Origin: an uncultured Eubacteriales bacterium
Lineage (GTDB): Bacteria > Actinomycetota > Coriobacteriia > Anaerosomatales > JAAXUF01
Direction of reading: 5' to 3'
Length of the DNA: 47,776 nucleotides
Assembly (NCBI GenBank): GCA_964644675.1
Contig: CAZXWK010000004.1
Coordinates: forward strand, 36,217-83,992
Both the position numbers and the translations under genes were made by a program. The number at the start of each line of letters is the position of its first letter. Position 1 is the first letter of the stretch. The notes below the pieces were generated by a model. It made no database searches, had not been told where the DNA came from, and was given only the letters and a program-made list of their open reading frames with translations. Shown here in pieces: positions 45,317 to 47,776 of the stretch.

Positions 45317-46990
45317 CTACACGATGACGCGGACGACCTCTTCGATAGACGTCTGACCCATTCGGACCTTCTCAAGCCCGTCCTGCCGCAGCGTGAGCAT
45401 GCCCTGCTCCATCGCGACCTCGCGAATCTCCTCGGAGGTGGCTTCCTCGACGCACAACCGGCTGATCTCCTCGGACATCATCAGCACCTCGTGCACACCG
45501 ATGCGGCCGCGGTAGCCGGTGCCGCCGCATTTCTTGCAGCCGACGGCACGGTAGACGGTCTCAGGCAGATTATCGGCAGTGTAGCCCGCCTCGATGAGTA
45601 CTTCGGGCCGAGGGGTCCATGGCTGGCGGCAATCGCTGCACAGCTTGCGCGCGAGGCGCTGACCCAGAACGCAGTCGACCGCCGACGAAACGAGAAACGG
45701 CTCGACGCCCATCTCGATGAGACGAGTCACGGCACCCGGCGCGTCATTCGTGTGGAGCGTCGAGAGAACCAAGTGCCCGGTCAGTGCCGACTCGATCGCG
45801 ATCTGCGCGGTCTCTTCGTCTCGAATCTCACCGACCAGGATGACGTCGGGCGAGCATCTGAGGAACGAGCGGAGCGCTCGGGCGAACGTCAGCCCGGCGC
45901 GCGTGTTGATCTGGCACTGGTTGACGCCGGGAAGCCGGTACTCGACCGGGTCCTCGGCGGTGATGATGTGTCGGCCGGGGTCGTTGAGCACGTTGATCGC
46001 CGCGTAGAGCGATGTGGACTTGCCAGAGCCGGTCGGACCGGTCACGAGGATCGCGCCGTAGGGTTTGGTGAAGGAGCTCTCGAAGCGCTCCAGGGATGAC
46101 GGCAGGAAGCCCAGGTCCGAGAGCTGGAGCAGGATCGAGTCCTTGCGCAGGATTCGGAGGACGACCCGTTCGCCGTAGACCGTCGGCAGGGTCGACACGC
46201 GGAAGTCCATCTTGTGCCCGCCGACCGACACCGCGCAGTGGCCGTCCTGCGGCTTGCGGGACTCGGCGATGTCCATCTCGGCCATGATCTTGAAGCGGGA
46301 GATGATCGACGTCTGGATCGACTTGGGTGCGGGTGGCATCGCCTCGTGCAGAACGCCGTCGACGCGGAACCGGACGCGAAGGTCGGACTCCTGCGGCTCG
46401 ACGTGGATGTCGGACGCGCGATCGGCGACCGCTTTCTGAATGATGTAGTTGACCAACTTGACGGCCGGGGCCTCGCTCTCGACACCCGTGAGCTGGCCGA
46501 GCTCCTCGTCGCTGATGTCCTCGGTGCCGAGGAACATGTCGTCCTCGGTGTGCTCGGCGACCTTGTAGTACTCCTCGATCGCCGCGATGATGTCGTCTTT
46601 GGTCGAGATCGCGGGCTTGATGTCGTGCGCGGTGATGATGCGCAGGTCGTCGAGCGCGAGGACATTCTGTGGATCGGCCATCGCCACGAGCAGGACGCCG
46701 TCGCTCACCTCCACGGGCATGAGCGTGTAGCGGACCGCGAGCTCTCTGGAGACCAGCGCGACGGCCGCGGGCTCGGGGCGGCGCTCGGCGAAGTCGATGT
46801 ACTCGATGCCGATCTGGCGCGCCATGACCGAAAGGATGGCGCCCTGGCTTGCGTAGCCCAGATCGACCAGGACGCGACCGAGCGGGCTGCCCGTCGCGCG
46901 GTGGACCTCGAGCGCGTCGTTCAGCTGCTTGTCGGTGATGATGCCCGCCCGCATGAGGAGCTGGCCGAGCCGTTGTCCTGCTTCCGCCAC
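45317..46990 (-). CDS. pilB: Type IV pilus assembly ATPase PilB (GspE family)
   Basis: N-terminal GSPII_E_N-like domain (LGQLLMRAGIITDKQLNDALE), Walker A GPTGSGKST, Asp/His boxes and a tetracysteine motif (CSDC...CKKCGGTG). GTG start preceded by AGAAGAGG. 557 aa. Confidence 0.9.
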   Translation of the reverse strand: MAEAGQRLGQLLMRAGIITDKQLNDALEVHRATGSPLGRVLVDLGYASQGAILSVMARQIGIEYIDFAERRPEPAAVALVSRELAVRYTLMPVEVSDGVLLVAMADPQNVLALDDLRIITAHDIKPAISTKDDIIAAIEEYYKVAEHTEDDMFLGTEDISDEELGQLTGVESEAPAVKLVNYIIQKAVADRASDIHVEPQESDLRVRFRVDGVLHEAMPPAPKSIQTSIISRFKIMAEMDIAESRKPQDGHCAVSVGGHKMDFRVSTLPTVYGERVVLRILRKDSILLQLSDLGFLPSSLERFESSFTKPYGAILVTGPTGSGKSTSLYAAINVLNDPGRHIITAEDPVEYRLPGVNQCQINTRAGLTFARALRSFLRCSPDVILVGEIRDEETAQIAIESALTGHLVLSTLHTNDAPGAVTRLIEMGVEPFLVSSAVDCVLGQRLARKLCSDCRQPWTPRPEVLIEAGYTADNLPETVYRAVGCKKCGGTGYRGRIGVHEVLMMSEEISRLCVEEATSEEIREVAMEQGMLTLRQDGLEKVRMGQTSIEEVVRVIV

Positions 46991-47088
46991 CTGCGACCTC
47001 TTCTACGACTGCGGATGCGGCGCGGCGAATCGCACGCGCACGGCTTCACCATGATAGCGCGACGCGCGCCCCGAGGCGTACCTCGAGA

Positions 47089-47727
47089 TTATCGGGTGCT
47101 GCCGCCCGGCGCTTTAAGGTCGCCGAGAAGTACGTCCGCGTACTTGCGGAACTGGTCGTAGGTCTTGGTCCCGGCCTTCACCCCTACCCGGTGCTCGCCG
47201 AACCACATCTCGACGGGCGCGACCATCACCAGGTCCGGCACGCCTCTCGCGCGGTCCGTCCGCGCTGCGGTGACCGGCGCCGAGGCCGAACGGACGGCCT
47301 GGCCGGCGCGCGCGTCCGGGAGCGCCGTGCGAACGCGAGCCCGCGGGCGCGATCGACGAGGCGCGGCCGTGGCGGGTGTGGCGGGCGCCTGCGCAGGCTC
47401 AGGAGTGGGCGCGGGAATGGTGTGCGCCACCGCTGCGGGGCGCGGCGAGCTGGCGCTTGGGGCCGCCGCGGGCACGCTCGGAGCGCGAGCCGGTGTCGGC
47501 ACGGCGACTCGTGGCGCGGGCGCGTCCGGGAGCGCCACCGAAGGCAGATCCTGCTGCTCTCGGAAGACCGATTCCCAGAAGGCGGAATCGGCCTCGGGCG
47601 CCGTGGGGATTCCCGGCTCGGGCACGTCGGGCACGGTCACGGTTGCCGGCGGGGGCGACCATGCCGGCTCGGGAACCGGCGGTGCCGGGGCAGGTTCGGG
47701 CACGGGCGCTGCGACCACGTCGGACAC
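47089..47727 (-). CDS. Hypothetical Pro/Ala-rich protein with a short conserved-looking C-terminal domain; may extend beyond the window
   Basis: About 170 aa of PxP/AP low complexity, then VMVAPVEMWFGEHRVGVKAGTKTYDQFRKYADVLLGDLKA. Only the ORF shape and its position upstream of pilB support it. The true start is uncertain. Confidence 0.4.
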   Translation of the reverse strand: MSDVVAAPVPEPAPAPPVPEPAWSPPPATVTVPDVPEPGIPTAPEADSAFWESVFREQQDLPSVALPDAPAPRVAVPTPARAPSVPAAAPSASSPRPAAVAHTIPAPTPEPAQAPATPATAAPRRSRPRARVRTALPDARAGQAVRSASAPVTAARTDRARGVPDLVMVAPVEMWFGEHRVGVKAGTKTYDQFRKYADVLLGDLKAPGGSTR

Positions 47728-47776
47728 CGGCGTGGATGGCGCTTGGGCGGCGGGGGCGGGGGCAGCAACGGGGGCC

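Noticed and set aside
1-47776. tRNA/rRNA genes, CRISPR arrays, IS elements, integrase-associated islands
   Set aside because: The intergenic space is minimal and every gap examined is explained by terminators or promoters. No direct repeats with spacers, no transposase or integrase other than housekeeping xerD, and no cloverleaf-like segments were seen.

Overview
The window is 47.8 kb of very high-GC (about 70%) bacterial chromosome, almost fully coding, with about 49 genes and 45 of them on the minus strand. The many long plus-strand ORFs in the track are antisense artefacts of the GC content. All coordinates I derived by hand for small motifs carry a possible error of 1-2 nt.

Gene content, listed from low to high coordinates (the minus-strand majority is transcribed high to low):
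- A BMP-family nucleoside ABC importer (permease, tandem ATPase, lipoprotein) and xerD.
- A flotillin, alanine dehydrogenase, and a translationally coupled pyrG / M20 peptidase / hypothetical trio.
- A lineage-specific four-gene envelope module: MraY/WecA-like transferase, a 771-aa polytopic membrane protein, and a divergent murJ-like flippase coupled to a GT2.
- The Mycobacterium-like block steB(mctB)-steA-recN-nadK-tlyA, followed by a Bacillus-like block dxs-xseB-nusB-Asp23-accC-pycB-efp-pepQ.
- A complete type IVa pilus locus of monoderm type: pilB, pilC, monocistronic pilA, pilD, pilM, pilN, pilO and a PilP-like gene, with no pilQ secretin in the window. The shikimate genes aroC-aroK-aroB-aroQ are embedded in this operon, followed by three minor pilins.

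The most notable signals are this pilus locus in what looks by synteny like a deep-branching high-GC Gram-positive, and two 16-bp CRP-like palindromes at pilus promoters. Also notable are an orphan XseB with a long acidic tail and no xseA, a two-subunit pyruvate-carboxylase-like accC/pycB pair, and the inserted envelope module.

Many ORF-track starts are too far upstream. I re-set them using a recurrent ribosome-binding pattern (GGGAGG, 4 nt, then ATG/GTG/TTG) and 4-nt stop/start overlaps. No tRNA, rRNA, CRISPR or mobile element was detected.
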